64,000 nt of DNA from the human T2T-CHM13v2.0 reference genome, Homo sapiens, in assembly GCF_009914755.1 (NCBI RefSeq), contig NC_060946.1. The stretch is one strand, 5' to 3'. This document shows positions 59,993 through 64,000 of this stretch, one piece after another. Under the pieces are notes generated by a model. That model was given only the letters and a program-made list of their open reading frames with translations. It was not told the DNA's origin and did not search any database. Position 1 is the first letter of the stretch, and every line of letters starts with the position of its first letter. The position numbers and the translations under genes were made by a program.

Positions 59993-61298
59993 GCTTTTTT
60001 TTTTTTAAGTCCCTGAATTTGATCAGCAGTTATTGGATTTGTAGTTTATTTCCATAATCATTTGGATAACTAAGGAAAGATATGCTTTGTAATGATTTAG
60101 TATGCTCAGAATGTTTAAATCTGGGAGCTTCCAGTCTGATTTTGAAGATGAGTCCTTTAGATTTCTTTAGGCTTGATGGTGTTAGGGCTCAGGGCAAAGG
60201 GTGTGGGTGGCAGAGACACCTCTGCATGGGAGGGGTTGGCCTGTGAGTGCAGCCCTTGCCTACTCTAGGGACCTGAAGATGGCCGGGACCATCTGACCTC
60301 TTGTCCCTTTTCTAATTGAGATTGTGTAGTCTACTGAGCAAAGAAATGAACAGTTAATCTGTGGCTCTTTGGAAAATGATAAAAATGAATGGAATGGTTT
60401 TAAGTGGTAAGGCTTGGGCAGTCTGGCCCTGAGAATTTAGTGGCCTGAGAGCCTGCTAGCCAGCTCCACGGGTAGATTGCTGCTGGGCATGCTCTGCCCC
60501 AACTCATGCAAAGGCCTCCCTCTGGTTTCACGCTGGCAGGGGCTATGGAGCAGTGGGCTAAGATCTTACTAGGGCAAAGGTGGAGGCTGGCTGGTAGAAT
60601 CCAAGTGTGCTTGGGCTGAGGCTCTGGGGAGCTATCCAGGCCAAAGTTTCACCTTGGAGACGGTAAGCAACAGCCAGGGCTGCTCTTGTCCCTGTGTATA
60701 CCACTTCTTCTCGGTCCTCTCCCTTGCTTTCTTCCAGGGCCCCTGGGTTTGTATGAGGAATGTTTCAATGAAGTCTTCTTCCTTCTCCAGAGCAGTTAAG
60801 GCATTGTTGACATCTGACATCCCCAGGGTCCACACTTGTACCCCAACCTGGGCTTTAGGTCTTCCTGCATTGGACGGGCTGGGCCAGCATGGGAATCTAC
60901 TATACAAACTCACCTGAGGTCTGCCCAGTTGGGGTAAAAGTAGAGCCAGGCCGATGAAGGCATGGCAGCCCAGCCCTGGTCCTTAGTGGAGAGTGGTGCT
61001 GTCCTTGGGTAGCCACCTAGCGATTGCCCTGGTCGTAGTGCACAGAGGAGGGCAGGTGGGAGGGAAGGCTGGGGAGGTACTTCCTAGAGACTTCATTGTT
61101 GCCAACGCAACTCTGGTCTATTCCCTTTAAACATTTGTTTTTCTGTAATTTTTTTTCATCTAAGATGCTAAGGTAACGTCTAAGGAAGAAAATATTACCC
61201 ATAATCACATCATCAAGAAATTCAGTTACATTTTGTGTACTGCCCTTTAGGAACTAGAGGTGTGGTAGTCACCCTTCTTGAAGCTTCTAGCCCAGTGA

Positions 61299-64000
<2,702 letters not shown>

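Overview
Human (primate) genomic DNA, very Alu-rich, recognisable as the RIMBP3C-UBE2L3 interval at 22q11.21 (distal LCR22-D). It contains an intact single-exon RIMBP3-family gene on the - strand (ATG 16450 to stop 11534, 1638 aa). On the + strand it holds the CpG-island promoter and first two coding exons of UBE2L3, plus an upstream alternative UBE2L3 first coding exon lying antisense inside the RIMBP3C CDS. Four retrocopies are present: a SCARNA17 (U12-22/U4-8) copy, a tailless 7SK copy probably inside the RIMBP3C 3' UTR, a 7SL fragment and an Alu-fragmented GLRX5 processed pseudogene. Almost all other listed ORFs are Alu or antisense artefacts. No prokaryotic-type system is present. The most novel-looking signals are (i) dual-strand coding giving UBE2L3 a different N-terminus, (ii) an intronic ~57-bp VNTR whose units form acceptor/micro-exon/donor poison cassettes, (iii) a 7SK 5' hairpin in a testis mRNA 3' UTR beside a scaRNA copy whose U12 guide is still intact, and (iv) a templated-insertion repair scar. 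Gene and RNA identities come from recalled sequences, not database searches.
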